Below are positions 18,128-27,866 of a DNA stretch of 64,000 nucleotides, in pieces. The notes beneath the pieces are model-generated. The model made no database searches. It saw nothing but the letters and a program-made list of their open reading frames with translations, and was not told the DNA's origin. A program made the translations under genes and the position numbers. Each line of letters begins with the position of its first letter. Within the stretch, counting starts at the first letter, position 1. The DNA lies in NCBI GenBank assembly GCA_963674785.1, contig OY771555.1, positions 1,184,001 to 1,248,000 of the forward strand. The letters run 5' to 3'. This stretch comes from Caldisericia bacterium (GTDB lineage Bacteria > Caldisericota > Caldisericia > JAAYUI01).

Positions 18128-19856
18128 ATTTTTCTGGAAACTTTTTTTGCCAACCTTCTTGGTTACTCTTGTTTCGATACTTGGAGTTTTGTGGTTTGCG
18201 TTGGCTGTTGTTTCTGATTACCAGATCAGAAATACTCAATCCACTCTTTCTCAAAAGTCTGCTTTGATTTTTGATGAAGTTTCAAAAATGGTAAAATATC
18301 ACGATCCCGAGTTACAATTTTTTTGTGCGAAAAAGGGGATAAAATCTGGCACAAGGATAACAGTGATTTTAGCTGATGGAAGAGTTATTGCTGATTCTGA
18401 AAAAAACCCATTGGAGATGGAAAACCATATCAATAGAGTGGAAGTTGGACCCGCACTAACTGGTAGGGCTGCATCATCGTCAAGATACAGTAAGACATTA
18501 AAGAAATATATGGTTTATTACGCCGTCCCGATTCTTGATGAAATGGGAGAGGTGATAGCTATTCTGAGGCTTTCTTTTGCTCAATCAACGATATGGCAAT
18601 CGATTTCGATTCTAAAGCTTCAGATACTCATCGCAGGTCTTGTTATTATTATTCTAATAACACTTGTTAGCTTGTTTCAGAGTAGAAGATTTACTAAACC
18701 ACTGCTTGAGATTCGGGAGGGAGTAAAAAAAATTAGTAATGGGCATCTCAATGAAAAGATACCATTTTCAGGTATTTCAGAGTATGATGACCTCATTAGT
18801 TCAATCTCCTCGATGTCAAGCAGGATTAAACATTTGAATAAAGGTACAGATGAACAGGCTCAAGAACTCTCAGCGGTTATATCTAGTATGGGCGAGGGAT
18901 TGATTGCAATTGACCATGAAGATAAGATTTTTTATTCAAATGATCATGCTCTATCAATCTTTGAAATCACTGATTCAAATCCTGCTGGAAAACTCCTTGT
19001 AAAAGTGTTTAGAAATAAGCAGTTGATTGAAGTTGCAAAAAAAGTAAAAATAGAAAAAGATCCTGTTGTGCTGATGTCTGAAGTCCGAGATGGGAAGTAT
19101 ATCCAAATTAGAGGAACAGGGTTTGATAAAGGCATACTAATAGTTATCACTGATGTAACCGAAATCAACAGACTCAACAGAATCAGAAGTGAGTTTATCG
19201 CAAACGCCTCACACGAATTGAGAACCCCAATAACTGCTATAAAAGGTTTTTCTGAGGTTTTAAAAACAGAAGCATTAGATAAAGAGAAGTTCGATCACTT
19301 TCTTGATAGGATTTCACATAATTCGAACAAGCTCCAATCCCTCATAGATGATATGCTCAAACTTTCAGAGATTGAGAAGTGTGAACAAAAAAAGGATATT
19401 GGGACAACACGAGTAAATCTAAATCAAATTCTTGAATCATCCATTCTTTCACAAAAAACCCATGCTGAGAAAAAAGGCATCAAGATTTTAACTGATACTC
19501 CTGATGATTTCTTCCTTGAGGCAAATCCATTATTGATTGGAATTGTGTTTACAAATCTTATAGATAATGCGGTTAAATATGGTGGAGATGGGGGCGAAGT
19601 AAAGATAAAAACAGACAAGTTGCCAAATTCCAGAGTGAAAGTGTCTATTAAAGATTTTGGCGGTGGAATCCCCGTCGATGAGATGGAAAAGATATTTGAA
19701 AGATTCTATAGGATGAACAAACATAGGAAAATTCAAGGAACTGGTCTTGGATTATCAATTGTTAAGCACATTGTCATGTTGCATGGTGGAGAAATCGAGA
19801 TTGATACCTCGGTTTCAAAAGGTACAACATTCTCTGTGATTTTAAGGACTGTGTAG
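18117..19856 (+). CDS. PhoR-like membrane sensor histidine kinase (2TM, HAMP, PAS, HisKA, HATPase)
   Basis: MENHINRVEV periplasmic motif, FIANASHELRTP, NLIDNAVKY, IFERFYR, GTGLGLSIVKH. Start at 18117 or 18120, overlapping the regulator's 3' end. Confidence 0.88.
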   Translation: MMNRFFWKLFLPTFLVTLVSILGVLWFALAVVSDYQIRNTQSTLSQKSALIFDEVSKMVKYHDPELQFFCAKKGIKSGTRITVILADGRVIADSEKNPLEMENHINRVEVGPALTGRAASSSRYSKTLKKYMVYYAVPILDEMGEVIAILRLSFAQSTIWQSISILKLQILIAGLVIIILITLVSLFQSRRFTKPLLEIREGVKKISNGHLNEKIPFSGISEYDDLISSISSMSSRIKHLNKGTDEQAQELSAVISSMGEGLIAIDHEDKIFYSNDHALSIFEITDSNPAGKLLVKVFRNKQLIEVAKKVKIEKDPVVLMSEVRDGKYIQIRGTGFDKGILIVITDVTEINRLNRIRSEFIANASHELRTPITAIKGFSEVLKTEALDKEKFDHFLDRISHNSNKLQSLIDDMLKLSEIEKCEQKKDIGTTRVNLNQILESSILSQKTHAEKKGIKILTDTPDDFFLEANPLLIGIVFTNLIDNAVKYGGDGGEVKIKTDKLPNSRVKVSIKDFGGGIPVDEMEKIFERFYRMNKHRKIQGTGLGLSIVKHIVMLHGGEIEIDTSVSKGTTFSVILRTV

Positions 19857-19859
19857 ATT

Positions 19860-21128
19860 TTATGTTTTTATAGGCTCTTTGGTTCTTCTGACTATTGAGA
19901 GTAGTCTTAGCCCTGAAAAGCTTCCAGCACCGAAAAGTGATCCATACAGAAGAAATATTGTCCATGGTGCGGAAAGAACTGATGCAATGAAGCCAACAAG
20001 AAGATCGCCAAATGGTCTCAACCCCATCATTGCAATCGAGAAGAAGCCCATAACTCTTCCCGCATATTTTCTGTTTACAAGGAGTGGCAATATACTCCTT
20101 CCAAGACTATTTTGAGTTGCTATTGTAAAGCCAAACATGGCTAAAGCGATAATTGTAAGAGGAATTATTCCCAACCAGAGAGAAACTCCTACAAGTAAAC
20201 CTATTATTGGAAGCACAATTGCTGAGGTTGAAAATATTCTAACAGGGATGCCAAACCCCGCTTTTGTAGCAAGAAGGATTGCAGCAATAAGAGCTCCAAC
20301 ACCGATTGCTGATACCAAAAGCCCATACCCACTTGGGCCGAGATGAAGAATATCCTTTGCAATTCCTGGTAGTAAAACCTCAACACCATAACCAAGGATC
20401 GCTGCAGCTGAAATTATACTTAAAATCAGAACAGGTCTTGGTCTTCTGAACACATATTTTGCACCCTCCCTAAACTGTTTAAAAACATTGCCTTTTGCGG
20501 GTTGTCTTATTTGAGTTGTTTTAAGGAAACTCAGAACAATGAGGAATGGCACAGAAAGTAAGAATGCCACGATAAAAGCCCAAGCTGGACCAAACGAAAG
20601 AAACCAACCGGCAACAGCCGGACCTATTATTCGCCCGACATTCATAACGACTGATGCAAATCCACCTGCACTAACCATTTTCTCAGGACCAACTAAATCC
20701 ATTAGTAATGTTAGTTTTGATGGGAATTGCATCGCAACAGCGGCACTCTCTATCATGCCAATAATTACAAGAATTGGGAAGCTAAGTGTTTTTGTCCAGA
20801 TAAGAATTGAAAGAATCGGGTAAACTGATATTCGAATCGCTTGAAAATACAGAACGGTTTTTCTTCTTGTAAAAGCATCAGAAATTGATGTTGCAAATGG
20901 TGATAAAATGAGGAACGGGAGGGTTGAAAAAAAGCTTAGAATTCCGAGGCTCTCGTATGTCCCAGTGATGTCAAAACACAACCACTTGATCGAGGTGCCA
21001 AATATCCATGCACCAGGTATCCAGATTGCCTGACCAATGATATAGAGCCTATAATTAGGTTCCTTTAGCGCAGGAATCCAGTCCTTTACATTACTTACAA
21101 ACTTCTGAAGCCCAAGTGTTTTTGGCAT
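19860..21128 (-). CDS. MFS transporter (MFS_3/macrolide-efflux-like)
   Basis: About 12 TM; NYRLYIIGQ, GRIIGPAVAG, YGLLVSAIGVGAL, GRVMG. Confidence 0.88.
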   Translation of the reverse strand: MPKTLGLQKFVSNVKDWIPALKEPNYRLYIIGQAIWIPGAWIFGTSIKWLCFDITGTYESLGILSFFSTLPFLILSPFATSISDAFTRRKTVLYFQAIRISVYPILSILIWTKTLSFPILVIIGMIESAAVAMQFPSKLTLLMDLVGPEKMVSAGGFASVVMNVGRIIGPAVAGWFLSFGPAWAFIVAFLLSVPFLIVLSFLKTTQIRQPAKGNVFKQFREGAKYVFRRPRPVLILSIISAAAILGYGVEVLLPGIAKDILHLGPSGYGLLVSAIGVGALIAAILLATKAGFGIPVRIFSTSAIVLPIIGLLVGVSLWLGIIPLTIIALAMFGFTIATQNSLGRSILPLLVNRKYAGRVMGFFSIAMMGLRPFGDLLVGFIASVLSAPWTIFLLYGSLFGAGSFSGLRLLSIVRRTKEPIKT

Positions 21129-21174
21129 GCAATCTAATATACACCTGGGGGTATCCTATTAAAAGGATAGTTAT

Positions 21175-21936
21175 CTATTCCAGAAGAGATCTTCTCCATT
21201 CGGCGGAGGTTGCAAGGAACCCAAGTCCAAACGCAAGAATTATTCCGCCACCAAATCTAAACGGATCTCCACCATTCATTGAAATGAATGTGAAGTAAAG
21301 GTGATATCCAACAAGGATTATTGTGCCGATACTCCAAAGTAGCCATGGTAATGATAATCTTCCGCCCCACATTCTAATTGAGATCGCAAGAGCACCAGTA
21401 AACATGAAAAAGTCACCAACCAGGAAAAGCAAGGTGAAAATCTTTTCGGTTAGACCGCTATCTGCTGACCAGAGGTCGAGTACAATCACGAAAACAAGAA
21501 TAACAACAAAAATGATTACTATTATTGCCAGAAGAACTCTTATGTTGGTTCCGATCTTTGTTTCAATTATTCCCTGCTGATACCAGAATCCCCAAACGAG
21601 GAACATAAAACAGATCAAAATAAACGGGAAGGGGAGCACGCTTAAAAACTCGGCTGGATTTGGGATGAATACGAGTATTGCTCTAAGTATTTCTGCAATA
21701 ACAAGTGATGATGCACCAAGAGTAAAAAGCACCCATGTTTTTCTTTCAGGATTCCCAGTAGAAAATGTTCTGACAATCATTATTCCCGAAACCCATGCAA
21801 AAATTGATGGTACAAACAAAATCAAAGATTTTGCCCACATGCCGGAAACACTAGAATCCTTTGTTACCAAAACAAACGCTGAAAGGGCGAGAATCACTAC
21901 CCAAATCGATATAATCCATCCTGTTCTAAGCTTCAT
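21175..21936 (-). CDS. Uncharacterised ~8-TM membrane protein (paralog B)
   Basis: Hydrophobic. Shares NPExKTW, LVIAEI, WGFW, GD, RMWGGRL..PW and RRSLLE with the neighbouring gene. Confidence 0.85.
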   Translation of the reverse strand: MKLRTGWIISIWVVILALSAFVLVTKDSSVSGMWAKSLILFVPSIFAWVSGIMIVRTFSTGNPERKTWVLFTLGASSLVIAEILRAILVFIPNPAEFLSVLPFPFILICFMFLVWGFWYQQGIIETKIGTNIRVLLAIIVIIFVVILVFVIVLDLWSADSGLTEKIFTLLFLVGDFFMFTGALAISIRMWGGRLSLPWLLWSIGTIILVGYHLYFTFISMNGGDPFRFGGGIILAFGLGFLATSAEWRRSLLE

Positions 21937-21977
21937 AAAACACCTCTCTACACATAGATATTGGATGAAATTATCAT

Positions 21978-22742
21978 TTATTCAAGTAATGATCTGCGCA
22001 TCTCACAAGCTGTTGCCATGATCGCGAGTCCAACCGCAAGCACGATGCCTGTGTATGATGCGAGAATGCTTTTTTGATAAATAAGGACATATGATGAATA
22101 CATATGGAACCCGATGATAAAAAGAGTGCCAATTGACCATACAAGCCATGGTTTTGCTAATCTGCCACCCCACATTCTAAACGAGATCGCAAGAGCGCCT
22201 GAAAACATAAGAAGGTCTCCGATTACAAATATGAGCATGAAAACTTTGAATGCGGTGTTTTTCTCTGAAACCAAAACCGGAGAAACGATTGCAAAATATA
22301 GGACAACTGCGAATACTCCAATAATTATCAAAAGCAGGATTTGGATGTTTTTTCCAACTGTTGTCTCGATTGTGGTTTGTTGATTCCAGAATCCCCAAAT
22401 AAGATATATGAAACAAATCAGTATAAATATATAAGGTACATAACCAATAATTGTATTGTCGGAAAGAGCTGGGATAAGATGAATGAGTCCCCTAAAAATC
22501 TCAGCAATAACCAAACTCAATGCACCAATAAATATTAGTTTCCATGTTTTTTTCTCAGGATTTTTAGTTTTAAATATTGAGTAGGTAGAATAGCTAGTTA
22601 TTGATGCAAGAACCGCTGGAATTAAGAATAAAAGAGCTTCTGCCCACAATGCCAAATTTGGTGTCAGCTTAAGAAGTGCAAGTACACATAAAAAAACGAC
22701 TACCGACCAAATAACAACCAACCATCCATATCGCAACTTCAT
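21978..22742 (-). CDS. Uncharacterised ~8-TM membrane protein (paralog A)
   Basis: Start reassigned to ATG 22742 (SD GAGGAG; MKLRYGW aligns with the paralog's MKLRTGW). Confidence 0.85.
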   Translation of the reverse strand: MKLRYGWLVVIWSVVVFLCVLALLKLTPNLALWAEALLFLIPAVLASITSYSTYSIFKTKNPEKKTWKLIFIGALSLVIAEIFRGLIHLIPALSDNTIIGYVPYIFILICFIYLIWGFWNQQTTIETTVGKNIQILLLIIIGVFAVVLYFAIVSPVLVSEKNTAFKVFMLIFVIGDLLMFSGALAISFRMWGGRLAKPWLVWSIGTLFIIGFHMYSSYVLIYQKSILASYTGIVLAVGLAIMATACEMRRSLLE

Positions 22743-22972
22743 AGTGCTCCTCATCCTGCTCATACTAAAAATGAAAGGTCGCACTTCACATTCATGTAAA
22801 ACAACATTTGTCTTCAGGTGTATACGAGTTAGTACTAAGCTTTGTAATTTCTTCGGTCATTTTAATCGGAATTTGTTTTCGCACAATAAGAAAAAAATTT
22901 ACATTTTGTAAGTCACTTCACCCTTGGTTTTAAAAGGATTGTATTGAATATGTCATATTTAATTTAACCTAA

Positions 22973-25900
22973 ATGTGTTTTTTCTTCCAGCAAACTTTAT
23001 ATAATGTATTTGTGAGAGCCTATGATGCCGGAGGATTGCCGGCTGTAATTGTTACAGATTGGCGAAAAGTGCTTTTCTCCAATTCGATTTTTCCTGAGCT
23101 AACAGGATTGGATGAAGTTGTCCTTATTTCTGATGATTTTCATAATTTCTTCGATTGTGATATTGATTGGAAAAGCATAAAAAAAATTGGGAGAGCGTCT
23201 CTAAAGTTTTACAACATCTTGGGTCAAAAAAAGTTTTTTGATGTTTATTGTAACGAATCCAATGGCTCTTATGTTTTGACACTTTTTGAATCTGGATTGG
23301 ATAAAAAAACGACTCAAAGTGAAAATCAGGGAATTGAAGAGTGTGGTAAGTTTTTGGAACTCGCACCGATCGGATTGTATAGAGCTACACCTGATGGAAG
23401 ATTGATTTCAGCCAATGAGACACTTGCAAAGATGCTAGGGTATGAGTCATCTGACAGGATGAATGTTGAGTTAAAATCTCTTGGTGCCCATATCGACCCA
23501 GCTCTTTTGGGTGAACGGGTAAAAAAATGGAAGAATATAAAGGAATTTGGCAAACCATTCGAATTCCAAGTCAGACGCTTAGATGGTAGCACAATCTGGC
23601 TTCGAGATCAGGGGAATCTTGAGTTTGACGAGAATGGTGAAATTGCCGTTATTGAGGGAATGCTTACAGATGTTACAGCCGAACACGAAATCCGTGAGCT
23701 GCTCTGGAATGTAAAAAGCAATCTTGAAGATACTGTTGAAGAAAAAGATAAGAAACTCATAAATGCTACGAGGAGGGAGAGAATTGTAGCTCGAAGGCTT
23801 AAAACAATTCTCGATAGCATTCCCGATGTTGCGTGGCTAAAAGACAAGAACTTCAATGTTATTGCTGCCAATCAATCCTATGTTAATCTTGCGGGTTTCT
23901 CATCACCTGACGATTGCCTTGGAAAAAATGATTTTGATATCTGGCCTGAAGAAATTGCAATGGTTTATCGGGGGAATGATATTGAGGTAGTTGAAAGTCG
24001 AAAGAAAATAGTTTTTGAAGAACCCATAATCACACCCGAAAAAAAGGTCTTATTCTATGAAACAATAAAACTGCCAGTCTTTGATGATCTTAACGAAATT
24101 ATTGGGATTGCCGGTATTTCAAGAGATGTTACATCAAGAAAAAGACAACAGGAAGAACTTGAAATCCTTGTTGCTGAAAGAACCAGAGACCTTGAAAGAA
24201 TAAATGAGCAGCTTCTTGAGGAGATAGAAGAACATAAGAGGTTGGAGGTTGCCTTAGATGAGAGCAATCAGAGGTTTAAAAATCTAATAAGGCTTTCACC
24301 TGATGTGATAATGGTTATTGATAAAGGTGGGCATATTCTCAGTTTCCAAAATGGACAAGGATATTTTCTCGATACCAATACGACAGAGATTCTGGATACT
24401 AAAAAAATTGAAGACTTCCCTTTCAAAAATGGTGCTGACGATTTAAATAGAGCTATTGATTCGATAGAAAAAGCAATTGAGTCAGGCAGACTTCAGTCCT
24501 TTGAATTTAGTGGTGTATTTGAAGATATTTGTAGGCATTACCAAGCCAGAATCGTAAAAAAAGATGCTGATTCGGTTGTTGTTTTTGCTAGAGATATAAC
24601 CGTTCTGAAAAATGCCCACATTAAAATCGAGGATTCTGAGAGAAAATTTAGAGACCTCTTCAATTTTTCTCCTGAACCGATGATAATTACTGGAATTGAT
24701 TCAAGAAAAATTGTTGATGTTAATGAAGCGATGTTGGATTTCATAGACAAGGATTCCGACGAAATAATTGGCTTGACTCTGTTAGAGTTTGTTGATAAGT
24801 GCAGTATCTTTTTGACTGAAGAGTCGCTTGATGCACTAAAAAATGCTCCTGAGAAAACGTCAAATCTTGAGATTGATTTTATCTATGGTGATTCTGGTGT
24901 GAAACACTCATTATATAGCAGCAGTGTTGTTTCTATAAATGGTGAATCCTGTATCATATCTGTTTTCAGAGATATAACGGAGAGAAAGCAGCAGCAGATC
25001 TTGCTGAATCAATCAAACATATTCTTGGATACAATGGTTTCAACTCTTCACGAGGTTGTTTTTGTAAAAGACTTAGAGGGTAGATATACTTATTACCGAT
25101 GGCCTGAATATGAAGGTCATCCTTCTTTTGATGTCTCAAAGCTTATTGGAAAAAAGATAGAAGAGATAGAAGTTAAACCTGACAGGATTGCTGAATCAAA
25201 TAAGGCATTCAATGATGTGATTGAATCAGGTTGCCCAGTTACATATTACACGAATCTCAAATTGAGTATCTCTGAATCCAATGAAGTGATGGAAGTCACC
25301 CTTTCTCCAATGAAAGATGCCGATGGGAACATAACAAGCGTTGTTGGTGTTGCGAAATCAATTACTGAAAAAGTTGTAGCAGAGCAACGTGTAAAGGTTT
25401 CTGAGGAAAGGTACAAAAAACTTTCTGAAGGCGTTAACTCTCCAATCTTTGTTCATGATGGTGAAAGATTTGTTTACTTTAATGCAGCTTTTTCAAAAGC
25501 TATTGGGTATTCCAGAGATGAGCTTGAGGAAATGGAGATATATAAAATCTTGCATCCTGATATGGTAGATCGAATGAAGGAACAGTTTAAAAAAAGGGTC
25601 GCAGGAGAGAGTGTTCCCATAAAGGGGCTTGTAAATATCATAACAAAATCAGGAGAGGAGCTGATTTGGGAACTTTTGATTTCTGGGACAGAGCTTGATG
25701 GCAAAAAATGCTCACTGATCTCAGCAACCGATATAACAAAACTGAAGAAAAAAGAAAAAGCACTAATCGAAAGCAGAAATAATTATGCACAGCTTGTAAA
25801 TGCTGTTCCGGATTTGATCTTTACAATCTCTGCTGAAGGGCGATATATTGAGTACAGGGCTATTGATGAATCTGACTTATACATCCCAAGTGATGAAATC

Positions 25901-27586
25901 ATTGGAAAAACTGTTTTTGACACTCTGCCTGAAAGTATTGCATCAGAAGTAATTGGAAAGATTAGAACCGTTCTTAACACAAAAGAATTTGTTGATTTTG
26001 AGTACAGCCTGGACTTTGGTGAGAAAACTCGCTACTTCCAAGCAAGAATTGGTTACAGAGACGAAGATTCAGTTATTTCGGTTATCAGGGATATTTCCGA
26101 CATAAAGAGGGCTCAAAACAAACTAAGATCAAGCAACGAGTTTTTAAATAGTGTTGTGACATCAATGTACGAGGTTGTGTGGGCAAAGGATTTAGAGGGA
26201 AGATATACATATTACAGGTGGCCAGAACTAGAAAAAAATGGGGCTTTTGACCCAAAAGAATATGTTGGAGGCAAGGCTGAAGACTTCATATCCCAACAGG
26301 CACACATCCAACTTACCAACCAGATGTTTGAAAAGGTCATAAAAACTGGTGAAGATGTCTCTTACAGAACAGAAGTCTTTGTGGAGTCTCTTGAAAGAAC
26401 TGAAATAATGAATATTTCTCTTACTCCACTTCTAGACAATGATGGAAAGATAGTTGGTGTTATAGGGGTTGGAAAATCAATAACCCAACAATTCCTCGCA
26501 GAGGAAAAAGCAAGATATTTTGAAAAGAGATATGCTGGTATTGTTGAGGCGGTTGAAGACCTGATTTTTGAGATAAGAAATGAAATTGTGATGTTTGTCT
26601 CCCCGTCACTCAAAAAATTAGTTGGTGTTGATCCCAAGACCCTTGTTGGGAAAAGCATATATGATGTTGCTGATGAATGGCAAATAACCTCAGCAGATGA
26701 CTTGACTCTTAGCAAGAAATTCTTTGAGTTTTGTGTGGTTGATAAACGTGGAAAAACAAGATATTTCGATACTCGAATGAGTAAAGTCGGTAGTTCTCTT
26801 TTTGGTGTGGCAAGAGAGATAACAAGAAAAAAATATCTAGAGCAGGCAAAAGAAAAATACTACTCTAGCTTGATGCATGAACTGAAAAACCCTCTTGTTC
26901 TGATACAGGGATATTCTGAGATGCTTGAACCAAAGCTTGATGGTGATGAGCTTGATATGCTGAAAATCATTCAAGAGTCAGCAAAAAGGCAAGACCGAAG
27001 GTTAACAGAGTTAAGCACAAAAAATGCCTCGGGAAGAAACTACAAGTTCATGCAAGTAAACGCTTATGAGTCTATTAAGAAAAGTGTTGATTATCTTGCA
27101 AAACTCTTCCCGATGCTCTCAAACAAACACCATGGACACGATACCTCTGTGTTTTCCAGCAACATAGATGAAAGACTCAAAAAAGTGCAGCTCCTTATCG
27201 ATGTTGAGAGTCTAGATGAAGTCTTTGAGAATCTCGTCTCAAACGCGGTCAAATATAGCCCCGGTGATAGGGTGCATGTGAGTCTTGTTGCCAAAAAACT
27301 CGATAACGCCAGGGTAGAGGTTTCAGTAACCGACAAGGGATATGGAATCCCAGAGGACGAACTAAAAAAGATTTTCAAACCTTTCTACAGGATTGATAAC
27401 GATAACACTCTTGAGATCGAAGGCACAGGTATAGGGCTTGCAAACTCAAAACTCCATGTTGAAGTAAATGATGGAGAGATCTTTGTTGAGTCTACCCCTG
27501 GTGAAGGCTCAACATTTAGAGTCGTGCTGCCGATATATTCGTATCTGACAGACGATTCTGAGCAATACAACCCACTTCTGGACTAA
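22973..27586 (+). CDS. Cytoplasmic multi-PAS (~10 domains) sensor histidine kinase
   Basis: Repeated PAS units ending RDIT/RDVT/KSIT; HELKNPL, NLVSNAVKY, DKGYGI, GTGIGL, GEGSTF. No TM segment. The real start may be GTG 23012, 6 nt after TATAAT at 23000-23005. Confidence 0.92.
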   Translation: MCFFFQQTLYNVFVRAYDAGGLPAVIVTDWRKVLFSNSIFPELTGLDEVVLISDDFHNFFDCDIDWKSIKKIGRASLKFYNILGQKKFFDVYCNESNGSYVLTLFESGLDKKTTQSENQGIEECGKFLELAPIGLYRATPDGRLISANETLAKMLGYESSDRMNVELKSLGAHIDPALLGERVKKWKNIKEFGKPFEFQVRRLDGSTIWLRDQGNLEFDENGEIAVIEGMLTDVTAEHEIRELLWNVKSNLEDTVEEKDKKLINATRRERIVARRLKTILDSIPDVAWLKDKNFNVIAANQSYVNLAGFSSPDDCLGKNDFDIWPEEIAMVYRGNDIEVVESRKKIVFEEPIITPEKKVLFYETIKLPVFDDLNEIIGIAGISRDVTSRKRQQEELEILVAERTRDLERINEQLLEEIEEHKRLEVALDESNQRFKNLIRLSPDVIMVIDKGGHILSFQNGQGYFLDTNTTEILDTKKIEDFPFKNGADDLNRAIDSIEKAIESGRLQSFEFSGVFEDICRHYQARIVKKDADSVVVFARDITVLKNAHIKIEDSERKFRDLFNFSPEPMIITGIDSRKIVDVNEAMLDFIDKDSDEIIGLTLLEFVDKCSIFLTEESLDALKNAPEKTSNLEIDFIYGDSGVKHSLYSSSVVSINGESCIISVFRDITERKQQQILLNQSNIFLDTMVSTLHEVVFVKDLEGRYTYYRWPEYEGHPSFDVSKLIGKKIEEIEVKPDRIAESNKAFNDVIESGCPVTYYTNLKLSISESNEVMEVTLSPMKDADGNITSVVGVAKSITEKVVAEQRVKVSEERYKKLSEGVNSPIFVHDGERFVYFNAAFSKAIGYSRDELEEMEIYKILHPDMVDRMKEQFKKRVAGESVPIKGLVNIITKSGEELIWELLISGTELDGKKCSLISATDITKLKKKEKALIESRNNYAQLVNAVPDLIFTISAEGRYIEYRAIDESDLYIPSDEIIGKTVFDTLPESIASEVIGKIRTVLNTKEFVDFEYSLDFGEKTRYFQARIGYRDEDSVISVIRDISDIKRAQNKLRSSNEFLNSVVTSMYEVVWAKDLEGRYTYYRWPELEKNGAFDPKEYVGGKAEDFISQQAHIQLTNQMFEKVIKTGEDVSYRTEVFVESLERTEIMNISLTPLLDNDGKIVGVIGVGKSITQQFLAEEKARYFEKRYAGIVEAVEDLIFEIRNEIVMFVSPSLKKLVGVDPKTLVGKSIYDVADEWQITSADDLTLSKKFFEFCVVDKRGKTRYFDTRMSKVGSSLFGVAREITRKKYLEQAKEKYYSSLMHELKNPLVLIQGYSEMLEPKLDGDELDMLKIIQESAKRQDRRLTELSTKNASGRNYKFMQVNAYESIKKSVDYLAKLFPMLSNKHHGHDTSVFSSNIDERLKKVQLLIDVESLDEVFENLVSNAVKYSPGDRVHVSLVAKKLDNARVEVSVTDKGYGIPEDELKKIFKPFYRIDNDNTLEIEGTGIGLANSKLHVEVNDGEIFVESTPGEGSTFRVVLPIYSYLTDDSEQYNPLLD

Positions 27587-27612
27587 ACTTTTTTTGAGAT
27601 AATCCAAATACC

Positions 27613-27660
27613 CCGTCCCCCGCACGGTTGCTGAGCCTGTCGAAGCATGATGCGGGGTCT
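27613..27660. repeat. REP-like palindrome with a nested second REP-like motif
   Basis: CCGTC-CCCCGCA...TGATGCGGGG-TCT stem enclosing GCTGAGCCTGTCGAAGC; GC-rich in an AT-rich context. Confidence 0.55.
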
Positions 27661-27730
27661 AAGGTTGCTCTAGCTACGGTAAGTATTCTAATTGTTTCCT
27701 TTTACAAAATCGACATAAATCTCTTTCCCT

Positions 27731-27760
27731 CCGTCATCCCGGGCTTGGCCCGGGATCCAG
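27731..27760. repeat. REP-like palindrome
   Basis: CCGTC-ATCCCGGGC-ttg-GCCCGGGAT-CCAG; GTCAT...hairpin...ATCCAG architecture. Confidence 0.65.
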
Positions 27761-27866
27761 GGTATTAAATTTGTTCTTATTTGAGTCTGAGCATTTTTTT
27801 ATAAAAACGACATAAATTCTCAATAATCAAGATTGACCCATCTGAAATTAGTTAGATAATTGAGGT

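Noticed and set aside
22792-22860. 22-aa upstream ORF MTEEITKLSTNSYTPEDKCCFT on the - strand before the 8-TM genes
   Set aside because: No SD, no well-placed -10 box and no attenuator structure; expected by chance.
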